64,000 bases of DNA. Origin: Mobula hypostoma. Its lineage: Eukaryota. This document shows positions 51,238-64,000 of this stretch, piece after piece (position 1 is the first letter of the stretch; every line of letters begins with the position of its first letter). A program made the position numbers and the translations under genes. Where the stretch lies: NCBI RefSeq assembly GCF_963921235.1, contig NC_086101.1, positions 20,956,001 to 21,020,000 of the forward strand. The letters run 5' to 3'. Under the pieces are notes generated by a model, which ran no database searches, was not told the origin of the DNA, and saw only the letters and a list, made by a program, of their open reading frames with translations.

Positions 51238-51567
51238 CATAAATTCGCAGTTCCATCACTTCTTGATGGCGATCTGTATCGGTCCTTGCATTTATTTCAT
51301 AGAAACCTTCATCACTGTCTGTTAGGTTCTGTATTTCCAGGCTACAGTCCTTCAGTTTTAACGTCATCCTCTCTCTGTTACAAGTTGTTGGGCTGTTTTT
51401 ATATTTCACACATAATTGAACCATTTTTTGATGAGATGAATTTGCATAGTCCCAAGTAACGACTGAAATGCTTTCTCCTGACACATTTCCTGGCAAAACG
51501 ACTGACTGTCCCAGTGCCCCATTCACCACACGATAAGTAGCCAGACTCCCATCAGTCTCTGCCAGAA
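51238..51567 (-). CDS. Ig V-set exon, copy 2 (open frame, intact splice sites)
   Basis: 330 nt, phase 1-1, same acceptor and donor as copy 1; about 75% aa identity to copy 1 by hand count. Confidence 0.9.
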
Positions 51568-52289
51568 CTGAAACAGAAAGACAAACCATTAGTCCCAGTG
51601 TATTGGTGTACACATTTCCATAGCATGGTCACTCAGCAGCGTTCCAAACTCAAGGGACAAGAGGAAGCAGGCAGATGAGGACACCACCTCATGATAAGGG
51701 GATGCTCTTTTACCTCAGTGGCACACGGGGTGTCTAATGACAATGGAGGAAGACAATTGAAACACAGAAGTGGATTTCTGATAGAACAACTGTGCTCAAT
51801 ACAAGGCTGTGAATACACAGAGCATTTTTGTTGGTGATACACGAGACTGCAGTTACTGATACATAGAACAAAAATAATCTGCTGGAGGAGATCAGCATTT
51901 CAAACAGCTTCTCTGGCGGGGGTGGGGGTGCTGCTATTAATGTTTTGAGTAGAAACCATACATTACTTACCCTCACAGAGGCTGCTTGACCTACTGAGTT
52001 CCTCCAGCATTTTGTGAGGGGCAGAAATAGGCCATTTGGCCCATGGAGTCTGCTCCACCATTCCATCAGGGCTATAAAAAGTTTTTCCCTTTCAACTCCT
52101 TTCTCCCGTATTCTTGCGTGTCGCTTGACACCCTTACTAATCAAGGACCTATTGACCTCCATTTTAATTATACCCAATGGCTTCACCACCCTCATTCAGC
52201 ATTCAGTCCATCTCTCCATCACTGCTCTTATTATTGATAATTTTTCTGACCACCTCATTTATTGAAATTTTGGGGCAGATTACCGAAGT

Positions 52290-52510
52290 GATTAGTGTTA
52301 ACGCTATTAGAGTGGCAGCAACCCAGGTTCATTCTCCAATGCTGTCTGTAGGGAGTTTGTACGTTCTCCACTTGACTGCATAGGTTTTCTCCGGGTGCCC
52401 TGGTTTCCTCCCACATTCCAAAAATGCCTCGTTTAGTAAGATAATTGGTCACATGGGTGTAATTGAGCATCAGGGCTCAGTTGGACCGGAATCGGCTCTT
52501 ACCCTGCTGT
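52290..52510 (+). mobile_element. V-SINE/HE1-type SINE
   Basis: Core gggagtttgtacgttctcc...ggttttctccgggtgccctggtttcctcccaca. Confidence 0.7.
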
Positions 52511-52729
52511 ATCTCACCATAAATTTAAATCTTAATTGTTTCCTATTATTAATAATTAACTTCACATATTTTTACTGTCAAATTCAAGGCGATCAAAACT
52601 AAAATGCTGCATATGAACAATTAAGCATTGAAAAGTATCAGTGGGTTAATTATTAATATTTTATTTCAACCTAGGATCAAACCCAGAGTAAAATAAAGCC
52701 ATTTGTTTGAAATGCAGTACTAGATAAGT

Positions 52730-53800
52730 GGCTAACACAAGCAAAAAAAAACGTGGACACAGTCAAAAGGGGTTTCCAAAAGAGAAATGTTACATACTGT
52801 TGGTTGCAGATCATAACCAGTCCACACAATGAACCCTCCTATTGCTTGTGACTTTTGCCCAGTATCCCTGGCTTGGTTCAAGCATCTGATGGCTGAGATG
52901 TAATAACTGTCTCTGAACCTGAGGCTCCTGTACCTTCTTCTTGATGGCAGCATCAAAAAGAGAGCATGGCCTAGATGGTGGGGGTCCTTGAAGAAAGATG
53001 CTGATTTCCTGCAACAACACTCTGTGTAAATGTGTGTAATGGTGGGGAGAGCATTACCCATGATGGACTGAGCTGTATCCACTACTTCGCAGGCATTTCC
53101 ATTCAAGGGCATTGCATTGGAAGTTCCATATCAAGCCATGACATGAGCAACCAATATAATCTCGACGCACATCTATGGAAGTTTGTCCAGTTTGGATGCC
53201 ATGCCGAATCTTCACAAACTTCTAAAAGAGTAGTGGAGCTGCCGAAATTTCTTTGTAATAGCACTTGCGTGTTGCACCCAGGACAGATCTTCTGAAATGA
53301 TCACACCAAAGAATTTAAAGTTGCTGTCCTCTGATACCTCGATGTGGACTGGCTGATGGATCCCCGGTTTCCTCCCCCTGTGGTCAATAGTCAGCTCCTT
53401 GGTCTTGGTGACTCCTATATTCTGACTTACCATCACCTTTGATTCAGCCAATGACAGTGGTGAAGTCGGCAAAATTAAATAGGCATTGGAGCTGAGCTTA
53501 GCTCCACAGATATAAACATAAAGCGAGTTGAGAAAATCTCTAAATACACAGTTATATGTTGTTGCCAATCCGAATTGACTGGGGCGGCAAATAAGGAAAA
53601 CATCAATCTAGTTGCACAAGGAGACATTAAGGTCTAGATCTTGGAGCTTAGTGATTAGTTTTTTTCGAGGATGATAATGTTGAATGCCAAACAATAGTCA
53701 ATGTAGGGCATCCTGTCATACGAATCTTCGCTGCCCAGATGTTCCAGGGTTGAATGAAGAGCCAATGAAACGGCATCTGCTGTTGACCTGTTGCGACAGT
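52730..53800 (-). mobile_element. Degenerate Rex1/Babar-like fragments
   Basis: LPSRRRYRSL (52732-53112); KTKELTID and FKFFGVIISEDLSW (53212-53568). Confidence 0.7.
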
Positions 53801-53989
53801 AAGCAAATTAGAATGGACCCAAGTGGATCCCCCTTCTTAGCGTCATCTATAAATTTGCTAATCCCATTTACCACATTATCATACAGGTCATTGATGTCCA
53901 CGTAATTAACTGACTGAGCACCAGTCCCTGTGGCACAGGCCTCGAGTCAGCAAGGCAGCTATCAACTATTGATCTCTGGCTTTGCTCAA

Positions 53990-54840
53990 AAGTCCATTGT
54001 CTAATCCAATTTACTCCTATCATGTGTTTTAATATTTCTGTACTAATTAAGTAATATTGTAAATATATTGTTTGATTAAGCATTCTTGATCATTTAAATA
54101 ATTCATATGCATGAAGTAGATGAATGTTATGTGTGTGTGCCTCACCTAAAGTTAAAACCTTACACATTTTTATCTCCTAGCTCCCTTATTTTCCTTTCAA
54201 TTAGTTTTTTATGTTTTGCAGTTGCAAGATATAACAGTGTGATGAGGAAGATTTAAATGAACCCAAAACCACTACATACCCGTTGAAGCGCAGCAAGATG
54301 TTCAAGTAAAAAAAAACACAAAGCAAAATATTCAAGTTTTTTAAAAGCGCAGTAAGAAATAGACCAATGAAGAAAACAGACATGGTTGAGTTTTAAAAAA
54401 GGCAGAAAACAGACAAATTCACAAATTCATAAACAGTGAGTATATGTGATATTAATCATAAAAGAAAGCTAAAATGGCTGGCTCCATCAGAAAGATAAAC
54501 AATGGGATTTTGTACACTGAGCAAATTTAACCAATGAGAACTGAGTGCCAATTTTGTTAAGTGCATTGGAGTTTAAAGCATCCAATTTACTTTGAAGTTT
54601 TACTACTCCAAATAAACCGGCCAAAATGAACTTTGCTGATATGAAAATAATGTGGGGACGTTTAAAACCAAAGCTATTGCTGATTGCAGAATAATTTAGC
54701 CATCGTAAGTGGAATCAACAGGAAGGGGAGTCCATTTTATTATGTTGCTGAATTTCAGAAGTTGCCTGAGCATTGTCAGTTCAATGATGGTCGTATTGAT
54801 GCATTTAGAGATTGTTTAGTTTGTGGAATGTTTGGGAAAT
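53990..54840 (+). mobile_element. Gypsy LTR-retrotransposon remnant (LTR-like region plus decayed gag)
   Basis: Decayed gag: MAG...VPILLSAL...KPAKMNFAD...KPKLLLIAE...NQQEGES...HCQFNDG...RDCLVCG, with stops and frameshifts. Confidence 0.7.
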
Positions 54841-54956
54841 GGAGAACTTAACTACAAACAGAATTGTGATTACACTGAAAGGAACTTCTCATTGTCAAGG
54901 CAACCACACAAACTAAAGTGCCTGTGTGCTCCTCACCCTGAGACAGATTAACTTAC

Positions 54957-55003
54957 TGAGCTGTGCCCCTGCCCACACAGCAGCCACTGACAACCTGTTT
55001 CAT
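54957..55003 (-). other. Candidate leader (signal peptide) exon of the CD2/SLAM-like gene, one base out of frame
   Basis: Kozak-like gaccATG and strong donor CA|gtaagt. The ATG-to-donor length is 47 nt, but 46 is needed for phase 1. Removing one A of ATGAAAC gives MNRLSVAAVWAGAQL joined to ILAETDG. Confidence 0.3.
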
Positions 55004-55155
55004 GGTCTCAGAGTCGTAACTCTACAACTCTACTACATGTCATGAATAATGTGTTAATCTGCTGGCAGAAATAGTCTGTGCCTAAAGCATAACCCAAAAG
55101 GGGAGCTGAAGATAACAAAATGGTGTAATATTCAAGTAGCTCCTGCAAAAGAGGA

Positions 55156-58100
55156 TAGAAAACATAGAAAACATACAAAATAGGTGCAGGAGTAGGCCAT
55201 TCGGCCCTTCGAGCCTGCACCGCCATTCAGTATGATCATGGCTGATCATCCAACTCAGAACCCTGTACCAGCCTTCCCTCCATATCCCCTGATCCCTTTA
55301 GCCACAAGGGCCATATCTAACTCCCTCTTAAATATAGCCAATGAACTGGCCTCAACTGTTTCCTGTGGCAGAGAATTCCACAGATTCACCACTCTCTGTG
55401 TGAAGAAGTTTTTCCTAATCTCAGTCCTAAAAGGCTTCCCCTTTATCCTCAAACTGTGACCCCTTGTTCTGGACTTCCCCAACATCGCGAACAATCTTCC
55501 TGCATCTAGCCTGTCCAATCCCTTTAGGATTTTATACGTTTCAAAAAGATCCCCCTCAATCTTCTAAATTCCAACAAGTATAAGCCTAGTTCATCCAGTC
55601 TTTCATCATATGAAAGTCCTGCCATCCCAGGAATCAACCTGCTGAACCTTCTTTGTACTCCCCCTATGGCAAGGATGTCTTTCCTCAGATTAGGGGACCA
55701 AAACTGCACACAATACTCCAGGTGTGATCTCACCAAGGCCTTGTACAACTGCAGTAGTACCTCCTTGCTCCTGTACTCGAATCCTCTTGCTATAAATGCC
55801 AGCATACCATTTGCCTTTTTCACCGTCTGCTGTACCTGCATGCCCACTTTCAATGACTGGTGTATAATGACACCTTGGTCTCGTTGCACCTCCCTTTTTC
55901 CTATTTGGCCACCATTCAGATAATAATCTGTTTTCCTGTTTTTGCCACCAAAGTGGATAACTTCACATTTATCCACATTAAATTGCATCTGCCATGAATT
56001 TGCCCACTCACCTAACCTATCCAAGTCACCCTGCATCCTCTTAGCATCCTCCTCACAGCTAACACTGCCGCCCAGCTTCGTGTCATCCGCAAACTTGGAG
56101 ATGCTGCATTTAATTACCTCATCCAAGTCATTAATATATATTGTAAACAACTGGGGTCCCAGCACTGAGCCTTGCGGTACCCCACTAGTCATTGCCTGCC
56201 ATTCTGAAAAGGTCCCGTTTATTCCCACTCTTTGCTTCCTGTCTGCCAACCAATTCTCTATCCGCATCAATACCTTACCCCCAATACTCTGTGCTTTAAG
56301 TGTGCACACTAATCTCCTGTGTGGGACCTTGACAAAAGCCTTTTGAAAATCCAAATATACCATATCCACTGGTTCTCCCCTGTCCACTATACTAGTTACA
56401 TCCTCAAAAAATTCTATGAGATTCGTCAGACATGATTTTCCTTTCACAAATCCATGCTGACTTTGTCAGATGATTTCACCGCTTTCCAAATGTGCTGTTA
56501 TCACATCCTTGATAACTGACTCTAGCAGTTTCCCCACCACCGATGTTAGGCTAACTGGTCTATAATTCCCTGGTTTCTCTTCCCCACCTTTTTTAAAAAG
56601 TGGGGTTACATTAGCCACCCTCTAATCCTCAGGAACTAGTCCAGAATCTGAAGAGTTTTGAAAAATTATCACTAATGCATCCAGTATTTCTTGGGCTACT
56701 TCCTTAAGCACTCTGGGATGCAGCCCACCTGGCCCTGGGGATTTATCTGCCTTTAATCCCTTCAATTTACCTAACACCACTTCCCTACTAACATATATTT
56801 CCCTCAGTTCTTCCATCTCACTGGACCCTCTGTCCCCTACTATTTCCGGAAGATTATCTATGTCCTCCTTAGTGAAGACAGAACCAAAGTAATTATTCAA
56901 TTGGTCTGCCATGTCCTTGCTCCCCATAATCAATTCACCTGTTTCTGTCTGTAGGGGACCTACATTTGTCTTAACCAATCTTTTTCTTTTCACATATCTA
57001 TAAAAGCTTTTACAGTCAGTTTTTATTATCCCTGCTAGTTTTCTCTCAATCTTTTTTCCCCTTCCTAATTAAGCCCTTTGTCCTCCTATGCTGAACTCTG
57101 AATTTCTCCCAGTCCTCAGGTGAGCCACTTTTTCTGGCTAATTTGTATGCTTCTTCTTTGGAATTGATACTATCCCTAATTTCCCTTGTCAGCCACTGGT
57201 GCACTACCTTCCTTGATTTATTCTTTTGCCAAACTGGGATGAACAATTGTTGTAGTTCATCCATGCGATCTTTAAATGCTTGCCATTGCATATCCACCGT
57301 CAACCCTTTAAGTGTCATTTGCCAGTCTATCTTAGCTAATTCATGTCTCATACCTTCAAAGTTACCCTTCTTTAAGTTCAGAACCTTTGTTTCTGAATTA
57401 ACTATGTCACTCTCCATCTTAATGAAGAATTCCACCATATTATGGTCACTCTTACCCAAGGGCCCTCTCACGACAAGATTGCTAATTAACCCTTCCTCAT
57501 TGCTCAATACCCAGTCTAGAATAGCCTGCTCTCTAGTTGGTTCCTCGACATGTTGGTTCAAAAAACCATCCCGCATACATTCCAAGAAATCCTCTTCCTC
57601 AGCACCCTTACCAATTTGGTTCACCCAATCTATATGTAGATTGAAGTCACCCATTATAACTGCTGTTCCTTTATTGCACACATTTCTAGTTTCCTGTTTA
57701 ATACCACCCCCAACCTCACTACTACTGTTAGGTGGCCTGTACACAACTCCCACCAGCGTTTTCTGCCCCTTAGTGTTATGCAGCTCTACCCATATCGATT
57801 CCACATCCTCCCGGCTTATGTCCTTTCTTTCTATTGCGTTAATCTCCTCTCTAACCAGCAATGCTACCCCACCTCCTTTTCTTTCATGTCTATCCCTCCT
57901 GAATATTGAATATCCCTGAATGTTGAGCTCCCATCCTTGGTCACCCTGGAGCCATGTCTCTGTGATCCCAACTATATCATATTCATTAATAACAATCTGC
58001 ACTTTTAATTCATCCACCTTGTTACGAATGCTCCTTGCATTGACACACAAAACCTTCAGGCGGGCTTTTACAACTCTCTTAGCCCTTATACAATTATGTT

Positions 58101-58890
58101 GAAAAGTGGCCCTTTTTGATGCTTGCCCTGGATTTGGTCGGCCTGCCACTTTTACTTTTCACCTTATTACTTTTTGCTTCTACCCTCATTTTACACCCCT
58201 CTGTCTCTCTGGTTCCCATCCCCCTGTTGTGAACTAACCGCCTCTTGCCTAGCCTCTTTAATTTGATTCCCACCCCCCAACCATTCTAGTTTAAAATCAC
58301 CTCAGTAGCCCTCGCTAATCTCCCTGCCAGGATATTGGTCCCCCTAGGATTCAAGTGTAACCAGTCCCTTTTGTACAGGTCACGCCTGCGCCAAAAGAGG
58401 TCCCAATGATCCAAAAACTTGAATCCCTGCCCCCTGCTCCAATCCCTCAGCCACGCATTTATCCTCCACGTCATTGCATTCCTACTCTCACTGTCGCGTG
58501 GCACAGGCAGTAATCCCAAGATTACTACCTTTGCGGTCCTTTTTCTCAACTCCCTTCCCAGCTCCCTATATTCTCCTTTCAGGACCTCTTCCCTTTTCCT
58601 ACCTATGTCATTGGTACCTATATGTACCATGACCTCTGGCTTCTCACCCTCTCACTTCAGGATATCTTGGACACGACCAGAAATATCCCGGACCCTGGCA
58701 CCAGGGAAGCAAACTACCATCCGGGTCTCTGGACTGCGTCCACTGAATCGCCCATCTGACCCCCTTACTATTGAGTCCCCTATTACAACTGCCCTCCTCT
58801 TCCTTTCCCTACCCTTCTGAGCTACAGGGCTGGAATCTGTGCCAGAGGCACGGCCACTGTCGCTTCCCTCAGGTAAGCTGTCCCCCCCAA
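55156..58890 (-). mobile_element. Near-full-length CR1 LINE (ORF1 esterase ~58286-58860; ORF2 APE 57046-58149; RT 55255-56993) with stops and frameshifts
   Basis: HIGTND...DWLHLN; LCVNARS...ITETW; MGDFN; KFADDTKLGG; tagaaaacatagaaaacata tail. Confidence 0.95.
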
Positions 58891-58909
58891 CACCCAGGAT
58901 GTGGTCAAC

Positions 58910-59700
58910 ACCCAGAGAAACATAGTAACACTATGAATGTTAGCTTCGAGATATTTGAAATTGGATTTATTTACGTCCGTTCCACAATGTGAGTAAAAAT
59001 CTTTGCATTATGACTCCGTTGCAATGTACAGACATGTGAATTTATGTCTAATGGCGTGTAGAAAGAAGCTGTCCCATAGCCTGTAGGTCCTGGCCTTAAT
59101 GCAGCGGTACCATTTTCCAGATGGAAGCAGCTGAAAAGTTTTGGTTGGGGTGATTGGTGTCCCCGATGATCTTCCAGACCTTCTTAATGCACCTGCTGCT
59201 GTAAATGTCCTCAATTGAAGGAACTTCACATGAACAGATGTGCTCGGTGATCAAGGTTGGTGCAGTTCCCATACCAGGTGGTGACACAGCCAGTCAGGAT
59301 GCTCTTAATGGTGCCACTGTCGAAGGTCTTGTGGATTTGAGGGCTCATGCTGAACTTCTTTAGTTGCCTGAGGTGGAAGAGACACTGTTGTGCTTTTTTT
59401 TTGCCACACAGCCAGTGTGTACAGTCCAGGTGAGATCTTTGGTGACGTATAACTGAGGAACTTGAAACTGGTCATCGTATCAACTGCAGTCTCATTGATG
59501 TTGATCAGGATGAGTCTGTCTCCATTCCTCATGTAATCCATGATCAGTCTTTTGTTTTTTGGACATTGATGGAAAGGTTGATATCTTGACACCACTGTGT
59601 TACTATTTCCCTGCATTCTTATAGAAAGCCATTTAGGGACAGTAGTGAGTATGGATGCAGGTCCACATGCGGATGAGCTTTTGTATCGGCTGAGGATTTG
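58910..59700 (-). mobile_element. Degenerate Rex1/Babar-like 3' fragment
   Basis: LLPSGKWYRCIKARTYRLWDSFF (59008-59229) and TSFKFL upstream. Confidence 0.7.
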
Positions 59701-62700
59701 CAATGATCCATAGTGAAGGGTCTTTGCTGCCCTATTAACCTCGAAGCCACACCACCCAATCCCTAGTTTGATCTTCCTAGGACAGATTTCTGTTCACTGT
59801 GGGGTCTGTGAGGACAAAGCAGCTGTTATCAAAGTATGAAGTTTGTGATGCAGAAGCATAGCCATTACCACTGCGAACCATGATTCATTCCATATGTATC
59901 TGCCAAATTACAGACATCAGGGCCGTGTTAATGGACCTGCATCAAAACAGGCATTGGACCTGTTCAGCAATGCAATCAATAATTGGCATTTGTGTACCTA
60001 GAGTCAGCCACACAGCACTAATGTCCAGTGTCTTGGGTATCTTTCCTCAGCAGCTTTTACCATCCAGATTAAATCCCTTGACCCAACAAAGGTAGGTGAA
60101 TATTCCAAGCGGTCTTGTCAGTTACGATGTGGTCCCATTGTAAATGTGTCTTTCAACAAAAGTATTTCTCTGCAAACTATCAAAATAAAATTATATTTAA
60201 TCTAACTAATGTTATTTTTGCTCTTGGGAGTATAAAGACAATGTACTGTGAATTTCAGGAGACCCTACTGCAAGATTCTTCTAGGCCCCCTCTTGAATGT
60301 CTGCAGTGGTAAAGATGATCTTTAGCTTTGATCTAAAGCTTAGATCTCCAATTATCTTCACAGACAGAATATTCCAGGCCTGGGATGTCTTGAAGCAGAG
60401 TGCACAGTCTCCAAAGTAAAGGATGGACCATTCTATTCAGGGATGTTAGAAATTTATTATTTGAATGGGTGGCTAATCTTTGCAAATCTTGAGAACTGTG
60501 TGTTTGAGTCATTAAGTGCAAGCAAGACAAAGATTAATAGCTCAAAATTCTAGTGCAGAAAAGCCAGCAGAGATAACCGATCAAGCATGAAGCTATTTGG
60601 ATGTGGATAAGGAAAAAGGAGCCAATGGTCTATTTCTGCTTGAACCTCTCCTATTGCTTTGTTCAGGGGCAAGGTTGGAGACATTATTGTGGCATGACAA
60701 AACAAATTAGATTAGTGGCAAATGTTGAGAACAAATTTCTCTGTGGTCATCGTTCACCACTGGTTTAATTTCAGCACAGAATAACCAAGAAACAGTGTCT
60801 GTATCTCATAGCTCACTGCAAAACCTCTAGCCTCCTTCATTCACACACAAACATGCAAGTGAGAACACAAAAATTGGCTCTGCAGGATGGATTTTATGCT
60901 AAATCTTTTTCAGAACATTCGAAGTTTTGTAGAGCCTTGTTTGTCTGCAAACTGTTTCTGCCCGGGTTTGGTGTAAGATTCAAGTTCACCTCCTGCTGTG
61001 CCTTAAGGAGTGTGTCATGGGTTACCTACGCCTGACTTTGTTGAGCACTTCATTATAATATTCACTTCCAGGTCTCATGTTTTATAGAATTACAGAAGAC
61101 TGGAGGTGAGTCTATAGCAGTAGATATATAAAGAAGCCTGAAAATAGTTGGGAAGTCAGGCAGCACCTGCAAAGAGACGGACAGAATAGGGTTCTACAGG
61201 TAACAGTATTTGCATCATGTCCTTTCATTAGCACAAAGCTTAAAGCTGAAGGTACCATTTCACATACCCCGTTAAGAACCAGCAGAAATGGAAAATACCT
61301 TTTGAGTCTGGTATTGCTGTTAACTAATGCTCGTTTATTAGTAACTACGCAATGCAGTAATATAAATTCAGATATATCAAACAGGTTAGCAAAGTTCTTG
61401 CATATATAAGTGTGGAAATATAAAAACCAAGCTTCACCAAGTCTAGGGGATAAATAGATACAGTCTTACGGTGATGGGTAAATGAAATCAGTTCAGTTCA
61501 TGATATTGAGTTGAGTAGTGATGTAGAGAGAGGTGTCTAGTTCTTCAGGTGAGCTGATGCCGTTGATCTTTCCATTGTCCTCCGAAGCTTCCAAGTTAGC
61601 CAAACTTGACCAACTGAAGAGCACCGTCTTCAAGTGATGGTCTACCAACCCAGGCAAAGGTTAGACACACTGGTAAACCCCACAGGGTCGCTCTTTCACG
61701 CACTAGAAATCACAGATCGATACCTCGTAATCGATGTTCGGTCCCACACTTGTGGGCACCTGAACAGGATAGTGGTAATTTCACCACATCTTAGTGTGTC
61801 TGTGTGTCCTGTGAAACAGGCAATGACGCTGGTTTAAATACTGCTGTGCTGAACACCAGCTGTCCATCAAGTAGCTCCTCCCTCATCAAGTAGGAACTCA
61901 GAAGCTGGTAGTGTCCTTGCAGAAATTCCAAACAATCTTTGGGCAGTCTTCGCCTCTCTCTCTCAATAACAAGTTGTTTGTGCTGTACAGCTGCATGCTC
62001 TCTCTCTCTCTTTTTAAAAGCACAGTCCATAATGAATAACTCAGGATAATGTCACAATTGATTGTGTTGTATTTAAACAGATACAGGAACCATATGCTAC
62101 ATTTAAACAGGAAACAATGGCCGTTCCGACATTAACAAATAATAGAACTTTAAAGGAGATGCAAGCACAGACATACTTGAGAAAAATCTACCCAAGTCCT
62201 TGGAGGAAGCAGACATGCTCAGAGGGCTGACCCAAAGGCCTGACTTCATGTTGGTGGTGTGCTGATGCAGTGGGTGGTACTGCTGCCTCATAGATCCAGC
62301 TACCCAGTCCTGCCAAAGGGTCTCGGCCCTAAGCATCAACTGTACTTTTTTCCATTGATGCTGCCTGGCCTGCTGAGTGAGTGTTGTGAGTGTTATTTGG
62401 ATTTTGTGAGTGTTGTTTGGATTTCCAGCATCTACAGATCTTTTCTTGTTTTCATCCACCCAATTTTGGTCTTGTCCCCTGGTCATTAACTGCTGTAAGT
62501 TACCTCCAGTGTGTAGCTGGCTGGTGAAAGAATCCAGAGTGTTTATGAACCTATGAGGGAAAACAAATCAAAGGGAAAATAGAGGAGGATTGTGCATAAT
62601 GAGTTTTCTCTTCGTGCTGGCATAGACTCAATGGGCTGTATGACTATTTTCTGTGTCATTTCAAAATATGAAAAATGAATTAGGATACAGAAGCTAAGGA

Positions 62701-64000
62701 ATAATGCTGAATTTTTACAAAGCACAAGTTATGTCCCAGCCAGAGTGTGGCGGATGCAGCCCTTGAGCACAGATTTCAGAGTCCATGACATCTTCTGGGA
62801 CCTGGGATGAACCACTTCCATTACCTGGTTCGTTGTTGGAGTGGAGAAGCTTGAGGAAATGTGAATGAGGTACCGAAAATGTTTTGGTTGGGGTCTCATC
62901 ACATTTAAAATGGTGTATTGTCAGTTAGCAAGTGTAACATTCCCTCTTCTCAACCTTTGGCCATAAAGAAACAAGACATGTAGCCTGACACATTATTTCA
63001 CATTAAATAGATCGAAACCGGTACTGAAATTTAGGAAGTTCAAACCATGGTCATGTTATCACCAATCCAGACAGTGGCTTATTATATTACTTGTGTAGAG
63101 AATAGAACACTTTGTTTCTAGACTTTCAATGGGTTGGATATTAGTTTCTTCACCTCCATGACAGAAGATACAAAATAGACTTGCAATTGACTAAAGAGTA
63201 AATTGTTGCCAGATGCAGATAAACTGAAATATATTGGTGGTTTTATGGATGTGGAGAAGACAGCGCGTGGGTCATGCCTAGTAGCTAATATTTCAGTGAC
63301 GTCTGAATCAAACCACACCTTGCTGAGCAATAGAAAATCCACACCATGTTGGCAGCACCAGGCAACTAAATAATACAAGCTGTGTACTTATACAGGCTGT
63401 AACACATTGGCAAATAATACTATAGTTGCTGTGTCATAGGTTTCCATGAAAAGGGGAGAGCAACTTAGGGGCTTCAGATATCGGGGCACAGTAGTAAATA
63501 CAATTACACCTCTTCATATTACAGATCCAGTTGCAGAGCATTCCACATGTGCATCAAAATGCCAATCTTGTGGGATATATTTTATTAATTGCTGATTTAT
63601 TTGTAGCAATATTACTTTATGTGTTGCTTCCGAGTTGTATGTACCATGTTGTGCAACTTGCAACATTTTTTCTTTTCACAGTATAAATGTATACAGTTGA
63701 ATAACAATAAATTTGAACTTGAACTTGAATGATCTGCAAGTTAATGAATAAATGAAGGGTATTTATAGAACTGCTTTACACATTATTAATAGAATGTATT
63801 CATTCTCCCTCTCTGTAAGCTGGGCATAAGATACCAGATAGTAGTAATGTGCAGGAGTGGTATTTCTCCCCATTATCTGGGACACTTCTTTCTCCTGGTC
63901 AGAAATGGGTTGTACTGGGCTCTTGTTATGCACACATCAATGCAGTATGGCCTACATTGTGACTACACTTCAGTAGTAATTACATCAAAAGCATAGGGAT

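Noticed and set aside
51734-51900. MLISSSRLFLFYVSVTAVSC as the signal peptide
   Set aside because: It begins inside a foldback repeat, has only weak donors, and is frameshifted in copy 1.

Overview
This is repeat-dense vertebrate genomic DNA. The repeat families (CR1 with an esterase ORF1, Penelope GIY-YIG remnants, Rex1/Babar, Tx1, V/HE1-type SINE) point to a cartilaginous fish, probably a ray; the taxon is an inference. Most ORFs in the track are retroelement fragments or their antisense shadows. The main host gene is a minus-strand CD2/SLAM-family Ig-superfamily receptor spanning about 36.9-55 kb. It has an Ig V exon and an Ig C2 exon (ending NPVS), a TM exon followed by a GC donor, and candidate tyrosine-motif cytoplasmic exons. 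The V+C2 cassette is tandemly duplicated. The upstream copy's C2 exon is cut off and fused in frame to a CR1 ORF2 fragment. Other features are nested retroelement insertions (a solo LTR with a perfect 5-bp TSD inside a CR1, CR1 inside CR1, Rex inside CR1), two unexplained inverted-repeat pairs, and several CpG-rich unique islands with exon-like signals. All splice models, identities and counts were read by eye and need RNA-seq or alignment confirmation.
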